Positions 1-11,559 of a DNA stretch of 64,000 nucleotides are shown here, piece after piece. The DNA is taken from positions 103,105,692 to 103,169,691 of the forward strand of contig NC_090373.1 in assembly GCF_036365525.1 (NCBI RefSeq). Reading direction: 5' to 3'. Positions within the stretch are counted from its first letter, which is position 1. Each line of letters begins with the position of its first letter. Source of the DNA: Heterodontus francisci (taxonomy: Eukaryota). The notes beneath the pieces are model-generated. The model worked only from the letters and a program-made list of their open reading frames with translations. It did no database searches and was not told the origin of the DNA. A program made the position numbers and the translations under genes.

Positions 1-68
1 AGAAGGTGGCACTGGTCGCCTAGAGAAGGTGACACCAGCCAGCCTAGAGCAGGTGGCACCGGCCAGTG
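1..68. repeat. Degenerate minisatellite, ~23-24 bp unit (AGAAGGTGGCACCGGCCAGCCTAG-like), cut by window edge
   Basis: Three consecutive similar units: agaaggtggcactggtcgcctag / agaaggtgacaccagccagcctag / agcaggtggcaccggccagtg. Confidence 0.7.
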
Positions 69-809
69 ACTGCCTCCTTAGCAAATGAGAGGCAGTGAAG
101 ATAGATTTCCTTTGATATGTCCACATAGGAATGTTGAGTTATCTAAATTCAGATCTTGGGACACTGACTTGTGCAGACAAAATGCTTCAGGTGTGATTGC
201 ACTATGGCTCAGTGACCAGAAGTGAGTGCAGTATTTAAGCTGTGGCCTGACAGAAACACTGTACAACATCTGCACCATAGCCTCAGACACACTTCAGAAG
301 TTTATCTATTACATCAGTGCTAACTTTACACTTAAAATAACTTTGAAGTTAAAAAAAAACTTTACTGCTGATCAGCTTGTCTTCCCTGCCCTTTTCAATT
401 CTCTCTATTATTTTAACTTTACTTTAACAACAAAAATGTTGACAGGAGTTGGGGGGTGTGGTGGTTGTTGGGGGTGGTGTACTTGCAGTGGAGAGGCTAA
501 GGATGGGAGCCCTGCTGTACCAGGATTCTATAAACTCCAACAGAGTCAATTCTGCAAGGCACTGATTGGTGTGATCTTCACTTAACTGACAGGATCACAC
601 CCTGAAGAATTTTGGTTCCCACGCATTTTGTTTACTGGATTCTACTACCTCTAGAATTGCATAATCTATTTTAGATGTTAATCCACGTATTTAAAATTGG
701 CCTATGATTTTCTAACATCATCTCCAAAGGTCAATTTTCCAACCAATTGAGGCTCAACATTTTAAGACACTCAATGATTGCATCATCGGTGCAACTAAGC
801 AGTACACAA

Positions 810-1010
810 GGAATCTCCAGCAGTTGTCATTTACTTAGATTTTCAGAATGCATTCAATAAAATTTTATAGAGGAGAAGATTAAGAAAAAGCCAAGGCTTA
901 TGAATTAATGTCAAATCATCCAGTTGGACTGAAATTTGGTAGAAGGCGATATAAATGCAAAAAGTACTTATGCGACAGTGACTAGAGGGGCTTGGTTCCA
1001 TGTTCATTCA
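810..1010 (+). mobile_element. Highly decayed CR1 LINE RT fragment
   Basis: 823-861 translates VVIYLDFQNAFNK, matching the CR1 RT motif (VYLDFxKAFDK) seen in other copies in this window. Confidence 0.6.
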
Positions 1011-2539
1011 CAAAGACTTACTGAAGTCTAGAATGAGAAGAGGCGGTTCTTATAAAAATCTCATTCCCTCCATAGATTAGGCATGATTGACCATATCATG
1101 TGCCAAGAACTGCCTCAAGAGATCTCCCAATTGGCTTCAGTAACCATGCATTGTCATGTAAGGAGGGTTTCCACTGCTTTTCTGCCAAAGATACAGCAGC
1201 AGGACAGTAGAACATGAGAGGAAATTCCTAGCAATGGCTTCTACCTAACCTCCAGACTCTATCGTGGGAACTGAACAAGGCACAGGTAAATGTCCACAGT
1301 GATTAAACCTCTGTGAAACTTTTCCCCTGCTTTTAGAGTAATCAGCCAAACTCCAGGATACTAATCCAAGCTTACAGGCCACATTTATAACTGTGAGCAG
1401 TTGCATTCCACAGGTGACTCATTTATGGTCCTAGCAGTGCATGAACTCATGAGCCAATGAGAGACTGGCCTATTAAACTCACATGGATTTGCTTTTCATG
1501 CTGCCAATTTAAAGGTCAACTTGATAGGTTGCAGGAAATGTCACAAGCTTGTCTCCATTTGCAAGGGAATGACAGGGCGGAAAACCAGGTAGACACTGTT
1601 TATTAAAAATAGCTGCCGAGGATATCATGTTGCATCTCCACCTGAGGTTATAGGACTGGAAAACTATAAGGATTACCACTAATAGGGATAAACATGTCTC
1701 AACAAAGCAAACATATAAGACCCTTGAAACCAACATTTTTGATATGGCTTGCCCGTTTTCTATAGTTACCTTACTTACAGAGAAACCATGCTGAAACCCT
1801 TCTTTACAGCAATTGATTTTATTTGCTACATGTGCAAATGATATTGTGACCACTGTTATAACATGATGTAGGTGAATACTTATTTTCCAGATACTTCTCA
1901 AGATCCATTTAGAATCATTGAACTTTACAGCCTAAGTTTGCCAGAGTTCCTTATATTAGCTGATCTAGAATATGATGGTGTCAAACTCAAGCTTTCTGTG
2001 GGGAAATGCCTCTCTAATTGGCCCATTTGAGATGCTGAGCACACTGCACAAACCACAATACCGTACAGAACACGGACCGAATAACATGATATATTGGGTG
2101 GGTAACCACTTAATTCACAGCATAAATGAGGCACCCTCCTCACCAGAGAGGCTGCGGTATTGCTGCAGCACAGTGCTACAACTTAATTATCCTGGTTCCA
2201 ATTTGAAAAATAGTCATAGAATACATTTCTCTCAGTTGTATGGTGTCAATTGCTTACTTCTGAGTGGGCATATTATATGCTTGCCCCACCATTAACCAGA
2301 ATTATTCACAGAAAAAGTGGCATGGACTCAGACAGTCTCCTACTCTAACTTATTCTTTCCCAAGCCTCAAACTTGTTAAACTCCTTTCTTCTCTCAGCTT
2401 TTCCCTCTTCTTGCTTATCTCTGGTAGGCACTTAAGACCCAAGCTTGGAGTTTCCTGTTCATGACTTCCTTATTTATCTCATCTCTTCTATTCTTTTCAG
2501 CCGTTCTGGAGTCTTGTAATTTGGACTTTCATTTTCATG

Positions 2540-3600
2540 GAACCATAGAAATTTACAGCACAGAAAGAGGCCATTCAGCCCACCATACCTGTGTTGGCTC
2601 TTTGAAAGAACTGTTGTGCTGAGTCCACATCACTGCCTTTTGCACACAACTCAGTAGGTTCTTCATCCTCACGCACCTGTCCAAACCCTTTTTAAAATTA
2701 TTTATGGAATCGGCTTCCACCATCTTTTCAAGTAGAGCGTTCCAGATCCCAACAACACTCTGAGTGAAAAAAAATTCTCCTCATCTCCCTTCTACATTGT
2801 TTGCCAATGGTTTTGAATCTATACCTCCTCTATCAAAACCTCTCATCATTTTAGAAACCTCTATTGGACCGTTTCTTAACCTTCTTTGTTCTAAAGGATC
2901 AGCCACAGATTTTCCAACCTCTCCTCACAACTGAAATCCCGCATTCCTGGTAGCATCCTGATAAACCTCCTCTGTACCCTTTCTAAGGCCTTTCCATCTT
3001 TATTGAATTGTAGTGCCCAGAATTGTCCACAATACTCCAGCTGAGGCCTAACCAGAGATTTCCGAAGTTTTAGCTTGATTTATTTGCTTTTATATTCTAT
3101 GCCTCTATTTATAAACCCATGTAATTCATATATTGGTCACTGAATATATGAACTAGTAATCTAGTGGCCCAGGCTAATGCTCTGTGGATATGGGTTCAAT
3201 TCCCACTATGACAGCTGGTGGAATTTAAATTCAATTAATTAATACACCAAAATCTGAAATTGAAAGGCAGCTTCAGGCATGGTGCTGTGAAAATCACCAA
3301 CTTTCATAAAAACCCATCTGCTTCACTCATGTCCTTTAGGGGAGGAAATCTGTTGTCCTTACCTAGTCTGGCCTCTATGTGACTCCAGACCCACAACAGT
3401 GTGGTTGACTCTTAACTGCCCTCTGAAATGGCCAAGTGAGCCACTCAGTTGTCAAGGACAATTAGGAATGGGCAATAAATGCTGGCCCTACCAGTGAATC
3501 CCACATCCCATGAAAGAATTTAAAAAATTCATCAATTTGCACTGCATCCTTTAAGGATTTGTATATATAGACGCAAGGTCTCTCTGCTCATCTATATTTT
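2540..3600 (-). mobile_element. CR1 LINE 3' end, interrupted by SINE-B at 3133-3527
   Basis: Reverse CR1 3' UTR (catagaaatttacagcacagaaagaggccattcagcc) followed by the reverse of the YCxQFW region; similar to 8858-9500. Confidence 0.8.
3133..3527 (+). mobile_element. tRNA-derived SINE ('SINE-B') with LINE-B 3' tail
   Basis: Head with ctagtaatc loop and B-box gggttcaattccc; body and tail (gggcaataaatgctggcc...cccacatcccatga) shared with 13310-13551, 19464-19865 and 40412-40821. Confidence 0.85.
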
Positions 3601-4843
3601 TCAAAACCTTGGATTCTCAAATAAAAAATGTCACAATGCACGAGGTGCAATTTTGTTTAGCTATCAAGCTACAGAGATCTCTGGAGATGGTGGCACTGTA
3701 AAGGTTAACAAATGCAGCTTTGAAAAAAAACTATAGTAGCTGGACTCACAGAAATGATACAGGCTATTTAGTTTCAATCACACACAAGGAACTGTGTTGT
3801 TAACAGTGTTTGATCAGGAGCTGAAGCACTATCCTTGTTACAGTTGCCACCCGTGCGCAGAAATGTTCCTTTTAGTATTCCCAGGGTTAGACCTACACCA
3901 CACTTTAATGAAGAAGTTGATTGAGTGATGGGGGCATCCTGTGCTGCTGATTTTCTTATCTCACTGCACCTTCCTGTGAGACGTGGGTGCCGAGATCCCA
4001 ACAGCTGCTGCTGCTGCATGTGAGAGACTCATCCATCAATTAATGCCATATTCCTTCCATCTCTGTTCGCACACCCATTGGCAGCAACAAATATGCCTGT
4101 CTGTCAGTAGTTCTGTAATGAGACCCAAGTTACTAGGTCACTTAATCCTGCCTCTTCAGGAAGAAGGAATGTACTGCATGAGGGGCAAACCTAATTGACC
4201 ATTAGTTCTCATGACTGCAGCAGTCAACAAGCATATCAGTGGCGAATACTAAAAGTCCTGTTTAACTCTATGACAGTTTGTTTATTGCACAAAATCCCAT
4301 CAGAAAAATTTGTTAGCAATATTTTCACACTGTGCCATAAATACATCAACAGCTCAAAAAATCATAACATTCATTTGACAAAATGAAGGAATAAGTATGT
4401 CTTTATTTGCAAAGAGTGATCCAGATACAATAGCAAAGAGAAATTAAAAGTGCTTAGCACTATGATATAGTTGGGCTTTTCTTTGTAAGAGGATCGATAT
4501 AACTGTACCTCTCCCACAATATGCCAGTTCATTATCCAATTGATCAATTGTAAAGTTATAAAAAAATAACTAATAGTAACTTCATATTAGTATTGAAGCA
4601 TAATGTGGAAAACATATTTATATCTGTATGTATGTATCTGCAAGTCTGTGCCAGTTCTATTCAACCTCAAGAGCAAAGTTCTTTATCATCTTACTGCGAC
4701 AAGTTATTTGTCACAGTTGTACTATGTTTCCAATTGGGAGAAATTAGTGAATATTTATTGCAAAAGTTTTTTAGCTAGAAAAATCAGAGCAAATTGTTTA
4801 GTGATATGTTTTAAAATTTCTGGTGCTATTTGTTCCCACAAGT

Positions 4844-5626
4844 GGATTGGGATTTTATGAACCCTCATCCCCACCCCCCTCTGAGGCTGGATCGGAGGTT
4901 GGAGGGCACGGAGAATCGCAACGGGTGGCGGGGCAGGGGGGCTGTGGGGCAGAGGGCCTGTCGCCTCTCCATCGCCCAGCAATCTTCCCGGGACAGGATA
5001 GGCGGACGACGGCCTTCCTGCCCAGAGGCAAATTGAGACCCTTAAGTGGCCAATTAAGGGCCTCTTCCCGCCGCTGCTGGGATCTTACCAGCGGCGAGGG
5101 AGGGCCTCCATCATGTGGGGAGGATGCCTTGTAAAATGAGGCACCTTCCCTGTGGGTTTGGGGGGTGTGGGGGGTGGGCTCCCTCCTTTGTGGGTAATTT
5201 GTGGCCCATGGAGAACCTCCACCGGGAAACAATTCAACCCTTGGCACCTCCTCCTCTTGGACCGCAAGACCACCCTGCAGCCCCCCCTCACCAGGGCATC
5301 CGCACTGGCCCCAACAACCCCGCCTCACCTACGTCTTGTCCAGGGTTTCACCGCTGGGCCTAGGTCCAAGGCCTCTGCAGCACCGGCAGTGGCTGTTGCT
5401 CCCAGTGGCACTGCCGATACTGTTGGGCTGCCAGCCCTCTAATTGGCAGGCAGCTATGGGAGACAGGATCCCCATCTCTTTAAACGGACGGAGATCCCAC
5501 TTTCTAAAGCTTTGACACAAAAGACCAGCGGATCATTCCAGGGTGCCAAGAAAATGCAGAGGTGGGGCTCCGCCAGCCTTTTCGGCCTGGCGTCGGGACC
5601 TCCGCCTCCAGCACAAAATCCAGCCC
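4844..5626. mobile_element. GC-rich non-autonomous DNA transposon (Harbinger-type MITE)
   Basis: Ends ggattgggattttatg ... cacaaaatccagccc resemble the GGGCTG(G/A)ATTTT TIR of sister copies; internal cccttaagtggccaattaagggcc motif; similar to 58226-58923. Confidence 0.8.
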
Positions 5627-5666
5627 CCGTTGTCAATAGAGGGAAAATAGTGGCAACATTTCAGGT

Positions 5667-5737
5667 CACAGAATCATAGAATGGTACTGCACAGAAGGAG
5701 GCCATTTGGCCTGTTGTGTCTCTGCTGGCTCTCTGGA
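5667..5737 (-). mobile_element. CR1 3' tail fragment
   Basis: acagaatcatagaatggtactgcacagaaggaggccatttggcc matches the reversed CR1 terminal hairpin and microsatellite tail. Confidence 0.7.
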
Positions 5738-6384
5738 AGATTATTTATATTTATTAATGGGAATGTTAAACTGTGTTCTACAGTGTATGAGGAGGTGGTC
5801 TATCTTGTGTATGATGTTGGGTCCACCTGTTTGACAAATATTATTACCAATAGCAATCAGCCAAGTCTCCTATTATATAATACCAGACAAACTGAAATGA
5901 CTCATGTGAATTTCTCAGTACTTTGTTTTGGAATCCCTTAAAAGTGGGCATGGGTTTCTGTGAATGTTGAACACCCGGTGGATCAGAAAATAAAGATGAT
6001 CTTTTTTCTTTTGTAGATTCTTGCAGTGCCTTTCCCCTCACCCAAGTGATTGCTCACCTATGAATCTGAACAGTGAGTGATCAATTACAATTTTGTTCTC
6101 ACCAGATATCCATACATGCACTTCCAGCAAGTTTCCATCGACAACCATCAGAAGCTGAAACTACAATAACAACAGTGACTACACTTCAAAGTAATTTAGT
6201 TGAAATGTTTCTGAGACCCTCATAAGTCTGAATATAAAGTGAAATGTTCCTTTCTTGCAATTCTGATATACTTTGGGATGCACTGAAATATTTGGTGAGG
6301 ATTAACTTTGATGTCCTTTCATGTATAAATGGTATGTCACCATTTACTGTCTAGGCTTAAACATGAAGGTGTGACTGCCCAGAA

Positions 6385-6527
6385 GTACAGCACCTCAGAA
6401 AGTGTAGCACTCTTGCAATAACATACTGAGCTTCCAGCCTAACTCATGTACTTGAATCATTTGGAATGGGGTTTGAACCCATGCACTTCTGACTGAGAGT
6501 CAAGAGTACTATTACTGAGCCAAGACT
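6385..6527 (-). mobile_element. DeuSINE-like SINE head (decayed)
   Basis: Reverse strand shows a tRNA-like head (ggctcagtaatagtactc...gggttcaaacccc) then taggctg...gagtgctacactttctgaggtgctg; resembles 38905-39122. Confidence 0.6.
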
Positions 6528-6599
6528 AAAACACGCCTATGTGCTATCCAGATTCTGCTGAAGACTTTCATGGGTTGCTTCATTATCACAGGAGTTATG

Positions 6600-7440
6600 A
6601 ATGGAACACTGTGGAATCATCTGTGAACAGCCCCATACCTGACCATATGACGATAAAGCTGTTTCTTGATGACAATATTGATGACCAGCCGTGTGAAGAC
6701 GAGAGCAGGTCAGAGACTGGGTAGTCTATGACGAGTGGATCACCTCCTGACCCTGCAAAGACTATCCACCATTTGCAAAGCTCAAGCCAGAAGTGTGGTA
6801 TAACAATCAATACTCACCTGGAATGGGTGTAGCTGGAACTTTCAAGAGGCTCACCACCATCCAGGACAGAGCAGTTCGCTTAATTAGAGCCCATGCCATT
6901 GGACTCAATATCCACTCTGTCCATCCCAAGCGCACTGTTTTCACAATTTACAGAATGCACTGTTACTTTGACAGTATCTTCCTGCCCTGCAACCTCTGCC
7001 ACTGAGAAGGACAAGTGCATCAACGTTATGGGGGCACCATCACCTCTAAGTACCAAGTCAAAAATATCCTGACTTGGACATGTATTTATTTCTTATTTTG
7101 AAGGGTTATGAAGAATGGGCAGGAAAGTGGAGTTGAGGCCGAGATGAGATCAGCCATGATCGTATTGAATGGCGGAGCAGGCTTGAGGGGCTGAATTGCC
7201 TACTCCTGCTCCTAGTTCTTATGTTCTTATGCTATTCTTTCATTGTCACTGGGTTAACATCTTGAAATTCCCTACCTAATACCATTGTGACAGCATCATT
7301 GCAACAAGCACTGCAACAGTTCAAGGGGAAGACCCTCCACCATTTTCTCAAATGAACCAGCAATTGGCAATAAATGCAGCCTTGCTCGCATAGCACACAT
7401 CCTGAGAACAAATTAAAAACATTAAAACTGTCCACTTGGA
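6600..7440 (+). mobile_element. Old LINE-B 3' fragment containing a CR1 tail insertion (7100-7231)
   Basis: Translates ...TFKRLTTIQDRAVRLI...; ends ggcaataaatgcagccttgc...cacatcctgaga as in 45137-48020; the insert ends in the CR1 repeat gttcttatgttcttatg. Confidence 0.75.
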
Positions 7441-8209
7441 TGATCCCCTGGAAGACTAGCTGGGTTGTGGAATTGTAGCTCTGAATGCCTTTGGGAGGAA
7501 GGAGGGAAATTGAGGACAAATTTCATACTTTATTATTAAAATTAAGGAAAAGTAGGTTTTTTTAAGCAGCTGACTTAATGAGAGAATAATTTCCAACATG
7601 GAGTAACTATACTGCTCTTTGACATTCCTATTTGTGAAAATCATCTCTCAAACGATTGTCCAGAGGAATGGATAATACTAATGGACCAACTGATATTTTT
7701 AAATAAAGGATGATTATTAATGGGATTGAATGTTATTTGGTGAGAGTATTCAATTAGTGAGTTCACTGATTTTACCATCAGAAAGTGGACAACATTCGCA
7801 ATTTTTATGCCTCAAGATATTTCCTTGCTGCCACAGTGGAACCGAGTCACATAAGTCAGTCAGCCGTGTGCAGATATATAAAGTTTAGTTTCTAAGAACA
7901 AACCAATTCCCCTCATTTCAGATGAACACCTGCAGCAGTATGAGAGGCTGTCCTTTTTTTCCATATGGCAGGATTTCCTGGTGAGCAGGGTGTTATGGAT
8001 GGCCCTTAGTAGCCTTATGCGACCCTACTTATAACCCATTTTCCTTGACTGATGACAAGGTCCACCTTTCCTGAGCAGGGAACTTCTGTGTAATCATCAA
8101 TATTGGCAGCCAGACAAATATTACTGCCTGTATTGATATGTCTTGTTACCTTCTTCCAAGCACTCTATGCTGGTCTGCAGTGTGGATTGTATCCTGCAAT
8201 GCTAAACAA

Positions 8210-8720
8210 TAGCAACAATAATTTGTATTTATATAATGCCTTTAACATAGAAGATGTTCAAAGGTGCTTCACAAAGTAGAAGAGAAACTGGCACCAAGTT
8301 TTTGTGGAAGATTTAGGAGAGGTAGCTGAAAATTGAGTTGAAGAAATTAGTTTTGAAAAGGCTTTTAAATGTGGGGAGAGAGATAGCGAGGTCGAGGATT
8401 TGGGGAAGGGTAATTCAGAGACGCATTCTGTGGCAGAAGGCCACTGAGGTTGCAGTGAAGAAAGTAGTGGAATGCATAGGAGGCCAGTCTCAAAGGACCA
8501 GAGCACACAGGAGGGGACATAAGATCAGAGAGCTTGGGGAGGTGATTTGCAGAAAGGCCATGGGGGATTTGTACATTAGGATGAGGGTTTTAAATGTGAT
8601 CCACTGGGGCACATGGAAGTAGTGTAATCCAGTGAGCATGGGGGTTATAGGAGAGTGGGATGCAGTGCGGGGCAGGATGTGGGCAGTGGGGTTTCAGGTG
8701 AGTTGGAGTTTGTGTAGGGT
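8210..8720 (-). mobile_element. L2-type LINE 3' end (old)
   Basis: aacaataatttgtatttatataatgcctttaac...aaaggtgcttcaca is the reverse of an L2-type 3' terminus; the minus strand reads FKSLFKT. Confidence 0.65.
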
Positions 8721-8857
8721 GAAAGTCAACAAGAATGGGTCGCAGAATTCAAACCAAAATCAACTGCAGCTTAAATAATATTTCCACAGAAGCACTTAAA
8801 TATTTTGGCCCACATACTATGAAGCAGCTCTCTCCTCCAACTGGGAAAAAGAAATAC

Positions 8858-10310
8858 TGAATCACACAGAATCACAGAATTGTTACAGTGCAGAAGGTAG
8901 CCATTCAGTCCCCACTGGCTCTCCAAAAAATCAATTCACTTAGTGCCATTCCCCCACCTTCGCCCTGTAATCCTGCACATTCTTCCTCTTCATATAACAG
9001 TCTAATTCCCTTTTGAATGCTTCAATTGAACCTGCCTCCACCACACTCTCAGGCAGTGCACGACAGACCTTAACCACTCGCTGCATGAAAATGTTTTTCC
9101 TCATGTTGCTTTTGCTTTTCTTATCCACTCCTTTAAATCTGTGCCCTCTCATTGTCGATCATTTCACAAGTGGGAAGAGTTTCTCTCTATCTACTCTGTC
9201 CAAATCTTTCATGATTTTGAATACCTCTATCAATCACCTTTCAGCCTTCTCTTCTCCAAGGAAAACAGTCCTAACTTCTCCAATCTATCTTCATAACTGA
9301 CGTTCCTCATTCCTGGAACCATTCTCGTGAATCTTTCCTGTACTCTCTCCAATGCCTTCACATCTTCCCTAAAGTGCAGCGCCCAGAACTGAACGCAATA
9401 CTCCAGCTGAGGCTGAACTAGTGTCTTACATAAGTACAACATAACTTCCTTGCTCTTGTACTCTATGCCCCTATTAATAAAGCCCAGGATACTGTATGCT
9501 TTATTATTTTTTTTATTATTTTATTTTATTTTTTTAAATTAGAGATACAGCATTGAAACCGGCCCTTCGGCCCACCGAGTCTGTGCCGACCATCAACCAC
9601 CCATTTATACTAATCCTACACTAATTCCATAGTCCTACCACTTCCCCACCAGTCCCTATATTTCCCTACCACCTACCTATACTAGGGGCAATTTATAATG
9701 GCCAATTTACCTATCAACCTGCAAGTCTTTGGCATGTGGGAGGAAACTGGAGCACCCGGAGGAAACCCACGCAGACACAGGGAGAACTTGCAAACTCCAC
9801 ACAGGCAGTACCCAGAATTGAACCCGGGTCGCTGGAGCTGTGAGGCTGCGGTGCTAACCACTGAATCACTGTGCTGCCCTATTGACCACGCTCTCAACCT
9901 ATCCTGCCACCTTCAATAACTTATCCACATATATACCCAGGTCCCTCTGCTCCTGCACCCCCTTTAGAATTGTACCCTTTATTTTATATTGTCTCTCCAT
10001 GTTCTTCCTACCAAAATGAATCACTTCACATTTCTCTGCATTTAACTTCATCTGCCGCCTGTCTGCCCATTCCACCAACTTGTCTATGTCCTTTTGAAGT
10101 CCTATACAATCCTCCTCACCATTCACAATGCTTCCAAGTGTCATATCATCTGCAAACTTTGAAATTGTGCCCTGTACACCAAGGTCTAGGTCATTTATAT
10201 ATCAGGAAAAGCAAGGGTCCCAACACTGACCCCTGGGCAACTCCACTACAAACCTTCCTCCAGCCCGAAAAACATCCACTAACAACTACTGTCTGTTTTC
10301 TGTCACTCAG
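8858..10310 (-). mobile_element. CR1 LINE, 5'-truncated (RT C-terminal part + 3' UTR), interrupted by an HE1-like SINE
   Basis: Minus ORFs LEYCVQFW...ERVQERFTRM, RGHRFK...FMQRVV and KLNAEKCEVIHFG; tail repeat acagaatc. Confidence 0.9.
9503..9879 (-). mobile_element. HE1-like V-SINE (tRNA-derived, CR1-type tail)
   Basis: tRNA head with A/B boxes, V-domain (tgtgtggagtttgcaagttctccctgtgtctgcgtgggtttcctccgggtgctcc) and tail gggccgaagggcc; near-identical to 44788-45136. Confidence 0.9.
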
Positions 10311-10974
10311 TACATCATTATTCAAACACACTCTGAAATAAAGACCACTTCACACTCCATACAATGTGGTTCTAACAGAACTAAACCATTTGAAACTGTT
10401 TTGAGATATCACTAACAAATCAATTTCTCATGAAATTCTTTCATCCGCTTCTTTTATAAAGATGTTAGCTCATGAAAAATAAATGAGTTAGAGTCTTCAG
10501 AAATTAGTGCGGCAAGCTAATGTAACCATAACAACACTTAGGTTTTTTAATATAGGGTCCTTCATATTCAGTAAGATTTCACAGACTGCTTTATAATAAG
10601 AACAAAAAAATGTAGTGGATATTGAGCTGGAGGGAAAGAGGGAAACCAAAAGTGGTTACAGTGATAGGATCAAAGCCATGGTTGAAAAGAAAGCTGTTGG
10701 AGAATCATATGCTGTATGGAGGGTCTGCATGTCCATTGCCGTGTGGTATTGCTTGCAAGTTCCATCAGTTGGGGACTATCTATCAAAAGGAGGCTTTTGG
10801 CCAGGCATGAATGTGTCCATAGATCATGCATCTCCATGAACAGCAGACTGCTTAGAGTGGGAATTGCTCATGACAAAGTTTTAAGCTCTAACTCTGAGAT
10901 AATCTTTTTTCATATCAACTCTGGAACTCAGTACAGCGTTCTTCAGTGGAGATCTGAGCCATGGTAGCACAGTG

Positions 10975-11553
10975 TAATAAAAGCAAAATACTGCGGATGC
11001 TGGAAATCTGAAATAAAAGCAAGAAATGCTGGAACCACTCAGCAGGTCTGGCAGCATCTGTGAAAAGAGAAGCAGAGTTAACGTTTCGGGTCAGTGACCC
11101 TTCTTCGGAACTGACAAATATTAGAAAAGTCGCAGGTTATAAGCAAGTGAGGTGCGGGTGGGGCAAGAGATAACAAAGGAGGTCTAGATTGGACCAGGCC
11201 ACATAGCTGACCAAAAGGTCACGGAGCAAAGGCAAACAATATGTTAATGGTGTGTTGAAAGATAAAGCATTAGTACAGATTAGGTGTTAATACACTGAAT
11301 ATTGAACAGCAGCAAGTGCAAACCTGAAAAAAAGCAGTGGGTAAGCAAACTGAACAAACTAAGATGAAACGAAATAAATGCAAAAAAAAAGAATGTAAAA
11401 AAAAAGGAATAAAATATAACTAAAAATGAAAGTAAAATGGGGGGCTGTCATGCTCTGAAATTATTGAACGCAATGTTCAGTCCGGCAGGCTGTAGTAGGC
11501 ACACTACAGTACTGTACAGGCACACTACAGCCTGCCGGACTGAACATTGCGTT
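10975..11553 (-). mobile_element. Penelope-like element 3' end (GIY-YIG C-terminus + terminal repeat) with 5' inversion
   Basis: Minus strand encodes LQPAGLNIAFNNFRA*; terminal segment shared with 39288-39345 and 56405-56516; contains a hammerhead motif. Confidence 0.8.
11076..11112 (-). ncRNA. Minimal type-I hammerhead ribozyme motif (Penelope-associated; CCGAAGA core variant)
   Basis: Minus strand AGUU-CCGAAGA-A-GGGUC-ACU-GACCC-GAAAC-GUU-AACU gives stem I, core, stem II, GAAA, a palindromic stem III and an NUH triplet. Confidence 0.7.
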
Positions 11554-11559
11554 GGACGC

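Noticed and set aside
1-68. Short direct repeats resembling a CRISPR array
   Set aside because: No unique spacers, degenerate tandem units and a eukaryotic context; this is a minisatellite.
4755-5679. Dense overlapping ORFs and CpG-island-like GC content (also at 35390-35712, 39509-40227, 58189-58721)
   Set aside because: All lie within TIR-bounded MITEs; the ORFs are GC-content artifacts, not host genes or promoters.
7874-7883. TATATAAAG box upstream of a splice donor
   Set aside because: An isolated motif in AT-rich DNA, with no other promoter evidence.
10615-10967. Cluster of short ORFs in unique sequence
   Set aside because: No consistent frame, splice boundaries or motif found on either strand.
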